41,045 nt of DNA from an uncultured Candidatus Saccharibacteria bacterium (GCA_964349485.1 CAYGGE010000003.1:71899-112943); one strand, 5' to 3'. Counted from the first letter of the stretch, positions 9,130 through 19,307 are shown. The notes: generated from the letters alone by a model not told the origin. Program-made: numbers and translations.

Positions 9130-9202
9130 ATAACTTAGTTAATGAAAATACAATGGCCAACTGTGCTAGAGATTGTCAAGTTTCTGTTTCTATACCTAGA
9201 GC

Positions 9203-10486
9203 TTAGTACTGGTCGTATGTTCGGGTCAGCAACTGGGCTTTGATTTGGCGCATGGTGTCCAAGACGACACTGACCATGATTAAGATACTCGTCCCGCCGA
9301 TCGCCAATGTCTGGATATTGGTTAGATTCTGAATAACGAACGGCATAACGGCAATTGCGCCAAGGAACAAGGCACCAGTTAAAGTTATCCGGCTCAATAC
9401 GGTGGTGACGTATTTGGCGGTATCGGCACCCGGGCGGATACCAGGGATGAAACCACCCTGCTTTTGTAGGTTCTCAGCCAGCTGTTCAGGCTTAAAGACG
9501 ATAAAGGCATAGAAATAAGTGAAGGCGATAATCAAGATGAAATAGGCGATAGAATAGTAAGTTTGGTTTTGGATAAAATCTGTTACCCAATTTGCCGCCT
9601 GGGCTAACCATGGGCTACGAGCGGTGGTAAAGAACTTCGCGATAGCTCCTGGAAAGAGCAAGATCGAGAGAGCGAAGATAATTGGGATGACGCCGGCGGT
9701 ATTGACCTTGAGGGGGAGATGACTTTGAACGCTCCCATAACTACTACCACTCGCACGAGTCCGTCTCGCATAGACCACAGGGATGCGTCGCTCGCCTTCG
9801 TTGATAAAGACGATGAGCGCGATAGATACAATGAAGAACACTATAAAGGAGATTAGGCCGATGATCATGGCATTGTCTAATCCACCAGTAGTGATCAGGG
9901 AGATTGTGTTACGTAATCCGGTGGGCAACCCTGCAATAATCCCCAAAGTGATAATCAACGAGACACCATTGCCGATACCGTTTTCAGTAATAATTTCACC
10001 CAGCCACATCAGTAAAACAGTCCCGGCGGTGGTGGTGATTAAGATGGTCACCAAGGTTGCCGGATCTAGGATACCGATCATACCTTGACTTCGAAGTAGG
10101 GCAATCATGCTGTAGCCCTGGAGAAAGGCTAAGGGAACGGTTAGGTAGCGGGTATATTGACTAATCTTTTGGCGGCCAAACTCTCCTTCTTTTTGCAATG
10201 CTTCGAGCGATGGCACGACGATGCCAAGTAACTGCATAATAATACTTGAGGTAATATATGGTCCAACACCCATTAAAATGATCGAAAAGTTCTCCATAGT
10301 TCCACCAGAGAACATGTTAAGTAAGCCAAAGATCTGGTTCTTATCTAGGAAAGTGCGTAACTGGGCAATATCAACTCCGGGCATCGGGATGTGAGCAAGG
10401 ATTCTAACCAAGAATAGTAGGCCTAGCGAAATGAAAATTCGGTTGCGTAGATCTTTGTATTCCCAGATTTTTCGTAATGCATTCAT
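9203..10486 (-). CDS. secY: Preprotein translocase subunit SecY
   Basis: GVGPYITSSIIMQLL, GIGNGVSLII, AGVIPIIFA, GGFIPGIRPG, GGTSILIMV; start placed at MNALRKIW. Confidence 0.98.
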   Translation of the reverse strand: MNALRKIWEYKDLRNRIFISLGLLFLVRILAHIPMPGVDIAQLRTFLDKNQIFGLLNMFSGGTMENFSIILMGVGPYITSSIIMQLLGIVVPSLEALQKEGEFGRQKISQYTRYLTVPLAFLQGYSMIALLRSQGMIGILDPATLVTILITTTAGTVLLMWLGEIITENGIGNGVSLIITLGIIAGLPTGLRNTISLITTGGLDNAMIIGLISFIVFFIVSIALIVFINEGERRIPVVYARRTRASGSSYGSVQSHLPLKVNTAGVIPIIFALSILLFPGAIAKFFTTARSPWLAQAANWVTDFIQNQTYYSIAYFILIIAFTYFYAFIVFKPEQLAENLQKQGGFIPGIRPGADTAKYVTTVLSRITLTGALFLGAIAVMPFVIQNLTNIQTLAIGGTSILIMVSVVLDTMRQIKAQLLTRTYDQY

Positions 10487-10556
10487 GGTGACCCTTATTC
10501 TTCGAGTGTCCACCAGTTGGCGGATCATTTGCTAATTAATCGCTATTGACTCCCAG

Positions 10557-10608
10557 ACTATACCATCTGGTTGGCGTACCTGTCAAACAGTAGTCAGTGT
10601 GCTATACT
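10557..10608. promoter_or_regulatory. Divergent promoters for secY (-) and the 493-aa gene (+)
   Basis: Minus: TTGACA(10586-10581)-18-TATAGT with extended TG; plus: TGcTATACT at 10600-10608. Confidence 0.6.
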
Positions 10609-10633
10609 GATGCCTAAGACGAAAGGCTAATTC

Positions 10634-12115
10634 ATGAAACTTCCAGGTTCAGTTATCGGTATTGTGGTCATTCTTACACTCTGCTGGTTACTACGGCCCA
10701 TCTTCCAACCATTCCTCATGTCTTTAGTGATCCATCCACTCCAACTAGTTCTTTGGGCCTTGCTTCTTTTCGGTGGCTGGCAGTTGATTGGTCAAAGTGG
10801 TCCGATCCGACTAGTTAAGACATCGGCCACCAACTACCGTCTAGCTGGCTCACCACTAAGTCGACGGACAACAGGGCTATATAGTCTCATCTTCTTTCTT
10901 GTAATTGTTGGACTTTTTCTCCAGGAAGAGATTCGTATGAGCATTACAAGCCAGCAAATGAGTTTTGCCGAGCGATCTGAATTGCCCGATGTTGCACCAG
11001 TCCGGCTCATCCCCAAAAATGTAGCAACTCGTTACGGTCAAGACAGCTTTCAGGATCCTCAGGAGTACCTCGGCGACTCGCAAATCGTGCTGATGGACGG
11101 TAAGCTCCAACGAGTCTTCCCTCGTCTTCCCGATGGCAATATACTCTATTTTTTTAACAAACTTAATGGTTTCGTTACTGTTGACGTTGATACGCTTGAG
11201 CGAAAAGTTAATATCGAGGACCAAGTATTTGCCGTCTCAGAGGGTATTGGTATATTTGACAATATTCACTTTCGGTTGCCTTTAAAGCGCTACTTTGTCA
11301 CCTATTCAGAAGAACCAATTTATCTCAAGGACGAATCCGGAAAGTGGGTGACAGTTGTACCTTACATGACTTACAAAGGCTTTCCTTTTACTGTTCCAGT
11401 CTGGGGTGGGGTGATGATCGTCCAGCCCGATGGTTCGATGAAAGATTACTCACCTCAAGAGGCAGGGGAGCTTTCCTATCTTAGAGGTAACCGAATTCAT
11501 CCGAAAGAATTGGCTACCTACTATGCTAGCGCCTACGCTTATCGTGGTGGCATCATCAACAAATGGTTCCTACACAAGAACGAAACGCAAGTGGTTAATT
11601 TACAGGGCGATGAGGAAGTGATTCATGCGGCGACCGACGAAGGCTTCAAGCAGATAGTGGTGGCAGAGCCGTATGGGCTATCGTATGGTATTTATAAGAT
11701 ATTTGTTATCGATGCTACAACTGGCCAGCGCGAAGTGATCAGCTTTGATCGAAAAAGTCAGTTGACCGGCCCAATCGCTGCAGCAGATTACATCAAAAAA
11801 GAGTTCCCAACCTTTGACTGGACCGCCTTTACGCTTGCTGAACCTCGGCCGTTAATCGTCGACGAGAAGCTATATTGGTTACTCTCAATCATCCCGAACG
11901 ACGCCGCTGGTATCGCAAACACTGTCTTGCTCGATGCCTCAACAAACACGGTTACCTCCATCAAGACCGAAGCAGAGTTACAGGACTTTCTGGCCGGAAA
12001 GACGATCAGTGAACCTGTTTCGACGCCTGTGACCAGTAGCTCATCTGAGGCGTTAAAGCAACAGATCGAATTGATAAAACGTGAGTTAGAGGAGCTGAAG
12101 AACTTAGTTAAATAA
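10634..12115 (+). CDS. Hypothetical membrane protein (3 N-terminal TMs, large soluble domain, C-terminal coiled coil)
   Basis: 493 aa ORF with own promoter and terminator; no family recognised. Confidence 0.8.
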   Translation: MKLPGSVIGIVVILTLCWLLRPIFQPFLMSLVIHPLQLVLWALLLFGGWQLIGQSGPIRLVKTSATNYRLAGSPLSRRTTGLYSLIFFLVIVGLFLQEEIRMSITSQQMSFAERSELPDVAPVRLIPKNVATRYGQDSFQDPQEYLGDSQIVLMDGKLQRVFPRLPDGNILYFFNKLNGFVTVDVDTLERKVNIEDQVFAVSEGIGIFDNIHFRLPLKRYFVTYSEEPIYLKDESGKWVTVVPYMTYKGFPFTVPVWGGVMIVQPDGSMKDYSPQEAGELSYLRGNRIHPKELATYYASAYAYRGGIINKWFLHKNETQVVNLQGDEEVIHAATDEGFKQIVVAEPYGLSYGIYKIFVIDATTGQREVISFDRKSQLTGPIAAADYIKKEFPTFDWTAFTLAEPRPLIVDEKLYWLLSIIPNDAAGIANTVLLDASTNTVTSIKTEAELQDFLAGKTISEPVSTPVTSSSSEALKQQIELIKRELEELKNLVK

Positions 12116-12137
12116 TAAGGTTCAGACGATTTGCTTC

Positions 12138-12175
12138 ATTCAAAAAGAAGATCCGTTAGGATCTTCTTTTTGAAT
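12138..12175. terminator. Bidirectional intrinsic terminator between the 493-aa gene and rplO
   Basis: ATTCAAAAAGAAGATCC-GTTA-GGATCTTCTTTTTGAAT perfect 17-bp stem between convergent genes. Confidence 0.85.
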
Positions 12176-12190
12176 CGTCTAGACGAAATT

Positions 12191-12637
12191 TTATTCTAGT
12201 GGCTTAGCAGTATCGTCTGGCTTTGTCTCGTCTTTCGACAGAGTTTTGCTGAGAGCGACCTTTTCAAAGATAACTTTCTTGGTCAACTTGCCAGTGGCAA
12301 CAATCTTGACGCCAGCTGCACTGTAGCCGACGATGACTTTTTTGGCGACCAGGGTGTCAGGGGAAACGGTTTCGCCGGCGCTGTAGGCTTGCTCGATTTG
12401 ACGGAGGGTTACGGTAATGACTTGCGGACGAGTGGAACGGAAGCCCTTAACTTTTGGAATACGGTAATCAGAAGCCGACATCATGCCTGGGATGCGCTTA
12501 GGGGCTTTGTAGCCAGTGCGGGCCTTTTGACCCTTGGTGCCTCGGCCGGCAGTTTTGCCTTGACCAGCAGCAATCCCGCGACCGACGCGGCTCTTGGAAG
12601 TTAGCTTACCTGCAGTTTTAAGTTCGTTAATTTTCAT
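12191..12637 (-). CDS. rplO: 50S ribosomal protein L15
   Basis: RVGRGIAAGQGKTAGRGTKGQKARTG. Confidence 0.97.
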   Translation of the reverse strand: MKINELKTAGKLTSKSRVGRGIAAGQGKTAGRGTKGQKARTGYKAPKRIPGMMSASDYRIPKVKGFRSTRPQVITVTLRQIEQAYSAGETVSPDTLVAKKVIVGYSAAGVKIVATGKLTKKVIFEKVALSKTLSKDETKPDDTAKPLE

Positions 12638-12638
12638 T

Positions 12639-13175
12639 TTAGGCCTCTTCCTTGATCGGTGTCTTGGTCTTTTCGGTCAGGGGACGCAAATTAGAAAGTG
12701 CGGTGTACGTTGCCATGACATTGTTCAATTTATTACTGGTTCCACCAAGAATCTTGGAAGTAATGTTGTGGATGCCAGCTAGTTCAACAACGGCACGAAC
12801 CGGACCACCAGCGATAACTGAAGTACCTTCGGGAGCGGGTTTTAACATGACCATTGCGCTACCGTACTGTCCGATCACTTCATGAGGAATGGATTCCTTG
12901 ATAATAGGAACCGTGATGAGGTTCTTTTTTGCTCGTTTGCCAGCTTTGGTGACCGCAGCAGCAACTTCGTTGCTTTTAGCTAAACCTACCCCAACTTGAC
13001 CGTTCTTGTTACCGATAACTATCAGGGCTCGGAAACGAATTCGGCGGCCACCGGCGACGGTACGGGAGATGCGGTCAACTGAAACAACTCGTTCTTCAAA
13101 AGGATTCTTCTCAACGAGTTCACCCTTAACGAGCTCGGTCTCTGACTTGTGTGCTTGTTTCATAACATCGGACAT
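12639..13175 (-). CDS. rpsE: 30S ribosomal protein S5
   Basis: RISRTVAGGRRIRF, LKPAPEGTSVIAGGPVRAVVELAG. Confidence 0.98.
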   Translation of the reverse strand: MSDVMKQAHKSETELVKGELVEKNPFEERVVSVDRISRTVAGGRRIRFRALIVIGNKNGQVGVGLAKSNEVAAAVTKAGKRAKKNLITVPIIKESIPHEVIGQYGSAMVMLKPAPEGTSVIAGGPVRAVVELAGIHNITSKILGGTSNKLNNVMATYTALSNLRPLTEKTKTPIKEEA

Positions 13176-13193
13176 AGTAGGCTCCTTGGCCCG

Positions 13194-13541
13194 TTAAAGG
13201 GTTAATCCGGCGCTTCTGGCGCCTTCGGCGACGGCAGCAACTCGACCGTGGTACCGGTTGCCTGCTCGATCAAATACTGCTTGGGTAATATTTTTTGTTT
13301 TGGCTAATTGGGCAATCTTCTCACCAACGATCTTAGCCCGTTCCAGACGTTTACTGGTTAGGCCCTTGTCAGTCACGGCAGCGAGAGTCGTACCGGTCGT
13401 ATCGTCAATCAGCTGAACGCTGATATGCAGTAGGCTACGAAAGACTGCGAGTCGTGGACGACTGGCCGTGCCAGTAATCTTGGCCCGGACCCGACGAATC
13501 CTGGCGGCTCGAGTTGTGGTTCGGTTAATCTTATTAAACAT
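13194..13541 (-). CDS. rplR: 50S ribosomal protein L18
   Basis: RPRLAVFRS, VFDRAGNRYHGRV; start MFNKIN has AGGAG SD. Confidence 0.97.
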   Translation of the reverse strand: MFNKINRTTTRAARIRRVRAKITGTASRPRLAVFRSLLHISVQLIDDTTGTTLAAVTDKGLTSKRLERAKIVGEKIAQLAKTKNITQAVFDRAGNRYHGRVAAVAEGARSAGLTL

Positions 13542-13610
13542 GGTTACTCCTGTACGGTACATCCCAGTGGAGGGAAAGGTGCCGATGTACCGGCTTGGTT
13601 AGTGTTACTT

Positions 13611-14156
13611 TTATCCGGCGCTCTTCGCGGCTTTACCGGCTTTACGTCGAACATGCTCACCAAGGTACATGATACCTTTACCCTTGTAAGGTTCGGGTGG
13701 TCGTACCTGACGGATTTGAGCCGCAATCTCACCGACAACTTGTTTGTTGATGCCTTCGATGACGATTACATTCTTCTCTACCTTGAAACTAATACCTTCT
13801 GGAGCATCGATCAGAACAGGATGGGAAAAACCGACAGAAAGGTTGAGCTTTTTCTCTCCCTCAGCGGCGGCTCGATAGCCTACACCCTTCATCTCAAGAC
13901 GCTTTTCAAATCCGGCAGAGACACCCGTCAGCATGTTCGCGATCAGCTGTCTTGTTAGGCCGTGGACGGACTTAGATTCAATGTTGTCATTCTTACGACT
14001 GACTGTAATGATGCCATCCTGGATAGTGATGATCGCACTAGGCAAAAAAGTAGCGTTAAGCTGACCTTTTGGACCACTGACGGTCAAGGTGTTCCCTTGC
14101 TGATCGACGGTTACGCCATCAGGTATTGTAATCGGTAATGTTCCAATCTTTGACAT
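13611..14156 (-). CDS. rplF: 50S ribosomal protein L6
   Basis: MSKIGTLPI, GVGYRA, RPPEPYKGKGI. Confidence 0.98.
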   Translation of the reverse strand: MSKIGTLPITIPDGVTVDQQGNTLTVSGPKGQLNATFLPSAIITIQDGIITVSRKNDNIESKSVHGLTRQLIANMLTGVSAGFEKRLEMKGVGYRAAAEGEKKLNLSVGFSHPVLIDAPEGISFKVEKNVIVIEGINKQVVGEIAAQIRQVRPPEPYKGKGIMYLGEHVRRKAGKAAKSAG

Positions 14157-14166
14157 AATAACTCCC

Positions 14167-14550
14167 TTACCAAATCTCACAGAGAACTTCACCACCAACA
14201 CCTTTTTGGCGAGCTTCTTTATCGGTTAATACCCCAGCGGGGGTTGAGATAATCGCCAGACCCATACCTCTTAACGGCCGAGGAATGGCGGTCCGTTTGG
14301 TATAGTTGCGTAAACCTGGCTTACTAATTCGTTTAATATGGCTAATCGCAGGCAACTTATCATGATAACGTAAAGTTATTGTCACAACTGACTTCTGATC
14401 ATCGCTAACGGTATAGTCTTCAATATAGCCCTCACGTTTTAAGATGGCTAAGATGGCTACCTTTACTTTGGAGGCTTGTACCGTGAGCAACGGGAGCTTG
14501 GTAGCTTGGGCGTTGCGGATGGCGGTTAGCATGTTAGCGATTGGATCCAT
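14167..14550 (-). CDS. rpsH: 30S ribosomal protein S8
   Basis: MDPIANMLTAIRNA, ISKPGLR, GGEVLCEIW. Confidence 0.98.
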   Translation of the reverse strand: MDPIANMLTAIRNAQATKLPLLTVQASKVKVAILAILKREGYIEDYTVSDDQKSVVTITLRYHDKLPAISHIKRISKPGLRNYTKRTAIPRPLRGMGLAIISTPAGVLTDKEARQKGVGGEVLCEIW

Positions 14551-14594
14551 AATCATTCCTTTTTATTAGTTTGTTCTACCTACAGCCTTATCAT

Positions 14595-14780
14595 TTACCA
14601 TGAAGACTTGCGGATACCAGGGATTTCACCACGAGTGGCCCGTTCTCGAAAACAGATGCGACAGACACCGAATGCGCGCATATAGCCCCGATTTCGACCG
14701 CAGAGACTACAACGATGCACCAGTCGGGTACTATACTTCGGTTTCTTCGCTGCTTTGAGAATCAATGCTTTTCTGGCCAT
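14595..14780 (-). CDS. rpsN: 30S ribosomal protein S14 (short Zn-binding type Z)
   Basis: RCSLCGR...[18 protein letters not shown]. Confidence 0.97.
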   Translation of the reverse strand: MARKALILKAAKKPKYSTRLVHRCSLCGRNRGYMRAFGVCRICFRERATRGEIPGIRKSSW

Positions 14781-15334
14781 TACCGTGCTCCTTCTGTTTT
14801 TTCAAATGGAAAGCCAAGTTGCACCATTAGTGCCTGGGCTTGCTGATCGGTTTCGGCATTGGTAACAATGGTGATATTCATGCCGTGAACCTTATCTACT
14901 TTATCAAAGTTAATTTCAGGGAAGATGATGTGTTCTTTGAGACCAATGTTGTAGTTGCCATGGCCATCAAAGCCTTTTAGAGGTAGGCCTCGGAAATCTC
15001 GGACCCGGGGGAAAGTAATACTAACTAAACGATCAACGAAGTCGTACATTCGCGTGCCACGTAGGGTCACCCGTACACCGATCGATTGGCCGGCTCGGAT
15101 TTTGAAACCAGCAATTGACTGTTTAGCTTTGGTGACGACTGGTTTTTGACCAGTGATAGTAACGATGTTGGCCACCACGTCTTCAAGATATTTCTTATTG
15201 TCTTTTGCATCACCAACCCCAACGTTAATCACGACCTTCACCAATTTTGGGGTCTGCATGATGTTAGTCAAGCTAAGCTCTTCTTTGAGCTTTGGGCGAA
15301 TCAACGTGTTGTAGGCTTCTTTTAGTCGGGTCAT
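14780..15334 (-). CDS. rplE: 50S ribosomal protein L5
   Basis: [21 protein letters not shown]. Confidence 0.98.
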   Translation of the reverse strand: MTRLKEAYNTLIRPKLKEELSLTNIMQTPKLVKVVINVGVGDAKDNKKYLEDVVANIVTITGQKPVVTKAKQSIAGFKIRAGQSIGVRVTLRGTRMYDFVDRLVSITFPRVRDFRGLPLKGFDGHGNYNIGLKEHIIFPEINFDKVDKVHGMNITIVTNAETDQQAQALMVQLGFPFEKTEGAR

Positions 15335-15345
15335 AAGTTACTCCG

Positions 15346-15609
15346 TTACTTCTTTTTCGCCACTGATGACTTGGAATCATCAGCTGACTTGTGTGTTTCG
15401 ACCCTTACGTTAGACCAGTCGATAGGGTATGCCATCTCGATGATCCCACCAGAAGGATATTTTGCGCTAGGCTTAATGTGGCGTTTCATAATGTTGGCGC
15501 CAGTGACCACAACTTTGTGTTTGGCTCGCAGTACCGATTCAACTGGTCCCTGCTTACCTTTATCTTTACCCGCCAGGATGAGGACGGTATCACCTCTACG
15601 AATTTCCAT
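15346..15609 (-). CDS. rplX: 50S ribosomal protein L24
   Basis: IRRGDTVLILAGKDKGKQG KOW motif, GGIIE..PIDWSNV. Confidence 0.96.
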   Translation of the reverse strand: MEIRRGDTVLILAGKDKGKQGPVESVLRAKHKVVVTGANIMKRHIKPSAKYPSGGIIEMAYPIDWSNVRVETHKSADDSKSSVAKKK

Positions 15610-15977
15610 TAGAGCACCTCCTCAGCTAGGGAAACAATTTTCATGTAACCTCGATCGCGTAACTCACGGGCAACAGGTCCAAAGACTCGACTGCCACGAG
15701 GAGTGCCATCTTTATTGATAATTACGGCAGCGTTATCGTCAAAACGGATAGCTGAGCCATCGCTACGTTTATAGGTTTTGTGAGTTCGGACAATTACTGC
15801 TCGAACAACCTCTTTACGCTTGACGGTTCCACCAGGACTAGCATCTTTGACGGCGGCCACCACTAAGTCGCCTAAGCTGGCTGCATCCTTATCGGCGCCA
15901 CCAATGACCTGAATAACGGCGAGCTCTTTGGCTCCCGAGTTATCGGCGACAACTAATCGAGTGTAGGATTGAATCAT
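15609..15977 (-). CDS. rplN: 50S ribosomal protein L14
   Basis: [35 protein letters not shown]. Confidence 0.98.
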   Translation of the reverse strand: MIQSYTRLVVADNSGAKELAVIQVIGGADKDAASLGDLVVAAVKDASPGGTVKRKEVVRAVIVRTHKTYKRSDGSAIRFDDNAAVIINKDGTPRGSRVFGPVARELRDRGYMKIVSLAEEVL

Positions 15978-16225
15978 GATGCGACCTCTGCGACTGATAT
16001 ACCAGTAACTTTCCAAGATTTAGTCTTAGAAATCGGTAGTGTCTCTTCGATAGTCACTACTGTACCAACAGCGTAGCTCTTGCCGGCAGTATCAGCATGA
16101 TATTTCTTAGTTACTCGGTAGCGCTTGTTATACATGGGGTGGGTTTTCATGCGGTTGACGGCAACAGTTACGGTGCCGGTCATCGCGTTTGAAATAACTG
16201 TACCAGTGCGTACTTTATTAGTCAT
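15974..16225 (-). CDS. rpsQ: 30S ribosomal protein S17
   Basis: [28 protein letters not shown]. Confidence 0.96.
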   Translation of the reverse strand: MTNKVRTGTVISNAMTGTVTVAVNRMKTHPMYNKRYRVTKKYHADTAGKSYAVGTVVTIEETLPISKTKSWKVTGISVAEVAS

Positions 16226-16427
16226 TTGAGCGCTCCTTTTCATGGAGAAGGGTTTGAAGACGAGCTATGGATTTACGTAACTTGTTTAGCTGTGATACGT
16301 CTTTGAGCCGACCAAAAGCCAACTCAACTCGAGCCTTCTGTAAACTAGTCTGACTTTCCGTCAGATCAGTCCGTAGGGCTTTGAGATCTTTATCTCGTAA
16401 TTTGGTATTTTCAGTCATTTTCGCCAT
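16218..16427 (-). CDS. rpmC: 50S ribosomal protein L29
   Basis: LRKSIARLQTLLHEK; position between rplP and rpsQ. Confidence 0.93.
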   Translation of the reverse strand: MAKMTENTKLRDKDLKALRTDLTESQTSLQKARVELAFGRLKDVSQLNKLRKSIARLQTLLHEKERSND

Positions 16428-16428
16428 G

Positions 16429-16836
16429 TTAATCCTTTATCACAAACTTGGTTTTAACCGGTAGCTTGTGGGCAGCTAAACGCATTGCTTCTTTGGCTAC
16501 GTCTTCAGTTACACCTGCCATCTCAAAGAGGTATTGGCCTGGTTTGACAACGGCCACAAAGTGATCGAGTGGACCTTTACCCCCACCCATTCCAACTTCA
16601 GGTGGTCGCTGGGTTACTGGCTTATCAGGGAAGATTCGAATCCAGACTTCACCACCACGCTTGATGTAGCGAGTCATGGCCCGTCTGGCAGCTTCAATCT
16701 GACGGCTGGTAATCCAGTTACGCTCCAATGCCTTCAAGCCAAAACCGCCGAAGGCCAAAGTAGTAGTCCGGGTGGCGTCGCCGCCCCGTTTACCCCGGAA
16801 CTGTTTTCTGTGTTTTAATTTTTTTGGCAATAACAT
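16429..16836 (-). CDS. rplP: 50S ribosomal protein L16
   Basis: [39 protein letters not shown]. Confidence 0.98.
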   Translation of the reverse strand: MLLPKKLKHRKQFRGKRGGDATRTTTLAFGGFGLKALERNWITSRQIEAARRAMTRYIKRGGEVWIRIFPDKPVTQRPPEVGMGGGKGPLDHFVAVVKPGQYLFEMAGVTEDVAKEAMRLAAHKLPVKTKFVIKD

Positions 16837-16842
16837 AGATTC

Positions 16843-16915
16843 CTCGTTCTCTGCTTGTCTCGTTCCCTGGTTTTCTGGTTAACTAGACAACTAGATAACT
16901 AGAAAACCAGGGAAC
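16843..16915. repeat. Inverted array of degenerate 8-mer repeats
   Basis: Shares the identical 22-mer TCTGGTTAACTAGACAACTAGA (16874-16895) with the element at 5599-5620. Confidence 0.85.
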
Positions 16916-16921
16916 TTAGCC

Positions 16922-17572
16922 CTAATTTTCGTCAGGCTGTAGCTTTTCTCCCTTGTAAATCCAAACCTTGACACCGATCATCCCGAAAGTTGTTTGGGCG
17001 TTGACTTGGGCATAGTCGATATCGGCACGGAAGGTGGACAATGGCACAGAGCCTTGGGCAAATTTCTCACTTCGGGCAATCTCGGCTCCGCCCAAACGAC
17101 CGGCGATGGCGATTCGAACACCTTTAGCTCCTCGGCCCATGGTTCGTTCGATGGCCTGTTTGGAAGCTCGTCGGTAGCTAATTCGTCGTTCAATCTGATG
17201 AGCAATGTTCTGTGCAACAATCGCTGCCCAGAGATCGCCGTTTTTGATCTCATGGATATCGATCTTCATCTTGCCTTCTGTTTTGACGACTTTGGCTAGG
17301 GCCAGTTTTAAGGCTTCAACCCCAGCTCCGGCACGACCGATCAAGATTCCAGGTTTTGCGGTGTGAATTGTAACTGTGATCTGATCAGCATCCCGTTTAA
17401 TGGCTACTGAACCGATGGCCGCTTCCTTGCCATAACTTTTAGCGATGGTTTGGCGAATCTTCTGGTCATCTAACAAATAACGGGCGAAATTGCCTTTAGG
17501 CGCGATCCACTGACTACGCCAGTTATTGGTAATCCCGATACGCATTCCGAATGGATTAACTTTTTGGCCCAT
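16922..17572 (-). CDS. rpsC: 30S ribosomal protein S3
   Basis: MGQKVNPFGMRIG, KPGILIGR, GRLGGAEIAR, GVKVWIYKGE. Confidence 0.98.
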   Translation of the reverse strand: MGQKVNPFGMRIGITNNWRSQWIAPKGNFARYLLDDQKIRQTIAKSYGKEAAIGSVAIKRDADQITVTIHTAKPGILIGRAGAGVEALKLALAKVVKTEGKMKIDIHEIKNGDLWAAIVAQNIAHQIERRISYRRASKQAIERTMGRGAKGVRIAIAGRLGGAEIARSEKFAQGSVPLSTFRADIDYAQVNAQTTFGMIGVKVWIYKGEKLQPDEN

Positions 17573-18054
17573 TATTTTCTCCCTTCGGCTGTTGATGGCG
17601 TAGGCACTGCTTCGGTTACTTCTGGTGTTTCGGTAGGAGCAGACGTAACTTTCTTCGTGTTAACCATCTTCTTAGCCTTATCTAGCTCGCTTTTGTAGAT
17701 TTTACTCGAAGCAATCTTCACCACTTGGTCAGTAACCTTTACGGTAATATGACTCATCTGTTTCTCGATTCGTTGACTGCGACCCCGTGACTGAGGGATG
17801 AATCGGCGCATGCGGGGACCTTCGTCGACAGTAATATGGGAGATAAACAGGTTGGCTTTATTGAGACCTTGTTCAGTCGCCGCGGCGACAGCAGATTTGA
17901 TCGCCTTACTAATGGCTGTACCAGCTAGTTTGGTTCGTAATCCAAGTTCAGCAATTGCTCGTTCGGCTGGGAGGCCTCGAACGACATTACTCACAATGCG
18001 CAACTTGCGTGGCGCCTCATGGATGAACCGAGTTTTGATGGTAACTTCTGCCAT
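17572..18054 (-). CDS. rplV: 50S ribosomal protein L22 (C-terminal extension)
   Basis: APRKLRIV, VDEGPRMRR, SHITVKV. Confidence 0.97.
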   Translation of the reverse strand: MAEVTIKTRFIHEAPRKLRIVSNVVRGLPAERAIAELGLRTKLAGTAISKAIKSAVAAATEQGLNKANLFISHITVDEGPRMRRFIPQSRGRSQRIEKQMSHITVKVTDQVVKIASSKIYKSELDKAKKMVNTKKVTSAPTETPEVTEAVPTPSTAEGRK

Positions 18055-18074
18055 TTTAATCCTTATCTCTCGAT

Positions 18075-18365
18075 CTACTTATCGCTCTTAGCCTGTTCTT
18101 TTGCAATCTTACCGCCGTGACGTCGGAAGGTTCTAGTCGGTGAAAATTCACCCAACTTGTGGCCAACCATATCTTCGGTCATAAAGACTGAAGTAAAGGT
18201 GCGACCGTTGTGGATCGCGAAGGTTAAGCCGACCATCTCTGGGAAGATGGTACTAGCTCTTGACCAAGTCTTGATAGCTGTTTTGCTACCTGTTTGCTTG
18301 GCGACTTGAACCTTTACTTCAAGCTTAGGATCGATGAATGGGCCTTTTTTGAGTGATCGGGACAT
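18075..18365 (-). CDS. rpsS: 30S ribosomal protein S19
   Basis: [30 protein letters not shown]. Confidence 0.98.
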   Translation of the reverse strand: MSRSLKKGPFIDPKLEVKVQVAKQTGSKTAIKTWSRASTIFPEMVGLTFAIHNGRTFTSVFMTEDMVGHKLGEFSPTRTFRRHGGKIAKEQAKSDK

Positions 18366-18366
18366 T

Positions 18367-18457
18367 AGCTAGTCTCCTAGTTGCTGGTTGCTGGTAGCTG
18401 GTAGCTAGTAACTGGTTTTTATACCAGCAACTAGTAATCAGTGACCAGCTAACTAGC
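18367..18457. repeat. Inverted array of degenerate 7-mer repeats (CTRGTWG)n
   Basis: CTAGTTG CTGGTTG CTGGTAG CTGGTAG CTAGTAA CTGGT...ACCAGCA ACTAGTA ATCAGTG ACCAGC. Confidence 0.8.
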
Positions 18458-18458
18458 G

Positions 18459-19298
18459 TTAGCGTTTACTGCCTCTTCGGCGAATGATGAATTTATCTGT
18501 TCGCTTGTTGCGGCGGGTTTTAAGCCCCATAGCTGGTTTGCCCCAAGGGGTTTTCGGGTGCTTCAGACCGATTGGGTTGTTACCTTCACCACCACCATGA
18601 GGGTGTGCGGCTGGGTGCATCACTTTACCGCGAACTGTTGGACGAATACCCATGTGACGTTTGCGGCCGGCTTTAGCAATCCGAACAGCACTATGACTAC
18701 CATTGCTAACTTCACCGATAGAAGCGTAGCTATTGGCGTGAACCCGTCGGATCTCACCACTCGGCATTCTTACCTGAACATAGACACCGTCATCTTCCTT
18801 GGCGAGGATAGTGGCGCTGGTTCCAGCACTGCGGACGGCTCGGGCTCGGGTTCCAGGAGTCATCTCGATGTCGTGAATAGCGATACCGGTTGGAATATTT
18901 GCCAGCTTCATGCGATTACCAATGATGATCTCTGTTGTCTCACTGCCAATTAGTTTGGTTCCTACTGCTAAATCAGCCGGTGCAATAATGTAGGCCTTTT
19001 GACCGTCTGCAAAGCCAACCAGGGCAATCCAAGCACTGCGGTTTGGGTCGTACTCGATAGCGTTGACTAAAGCCGGCATATCCAAAAACTTCTCAAGCGA
19101 GGAGATGATACGGTAGGTTCGCTTGGCTCCACCACCTCGGTGACGGACCGTTAATTTACCAGCGTTGTTACGGCCAGAATGCTTCTTAAGGGGCAGTAAG
19201 AGTGACTTTTCTGGGGCTTTTTTGGTCAAGCCTGAAAAGTCAGGATAGCTCATCCCACGGCGCGCTTCAGTTGTCGGTTTAACAAGGCGTACTGGCAT
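18459..19298 (-). CDS. rplB: 50S ribosomal protein L2
   Basis: GRNNAGKLTVRHRGGG, IEYDPNRS, HPHGGGEG, TPWGKP. Confidence 0.98.
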   Translation of the reverse strand: MPVRLVKPTTEARRGMSYPDFSGLTKKAPEKSLLLPLKKHSGRNNAGKLTVRHRGGGAKRTYRIISSLEKFLDMPALVNAIEYDPNRSAWIALVGFADGQKAYIIAPADLAVGTKLIGSETTEIIIGNRMKLANIPTGIAIHDIEMTPGTRARAVRSAGTSATILAKEDDGVYVQVRMPSGEIRRVHANSYASIGEVSNGSHSAVRIAKAGRKRHMGIRPTVRGKVMHPAAHPHGGGEGNNPIGLKHPKTPWGKPAMGLKTRRNKRTDKFIIRRRGSKR

Positions 19299-19307
19299 AC
19301 TCTATCC

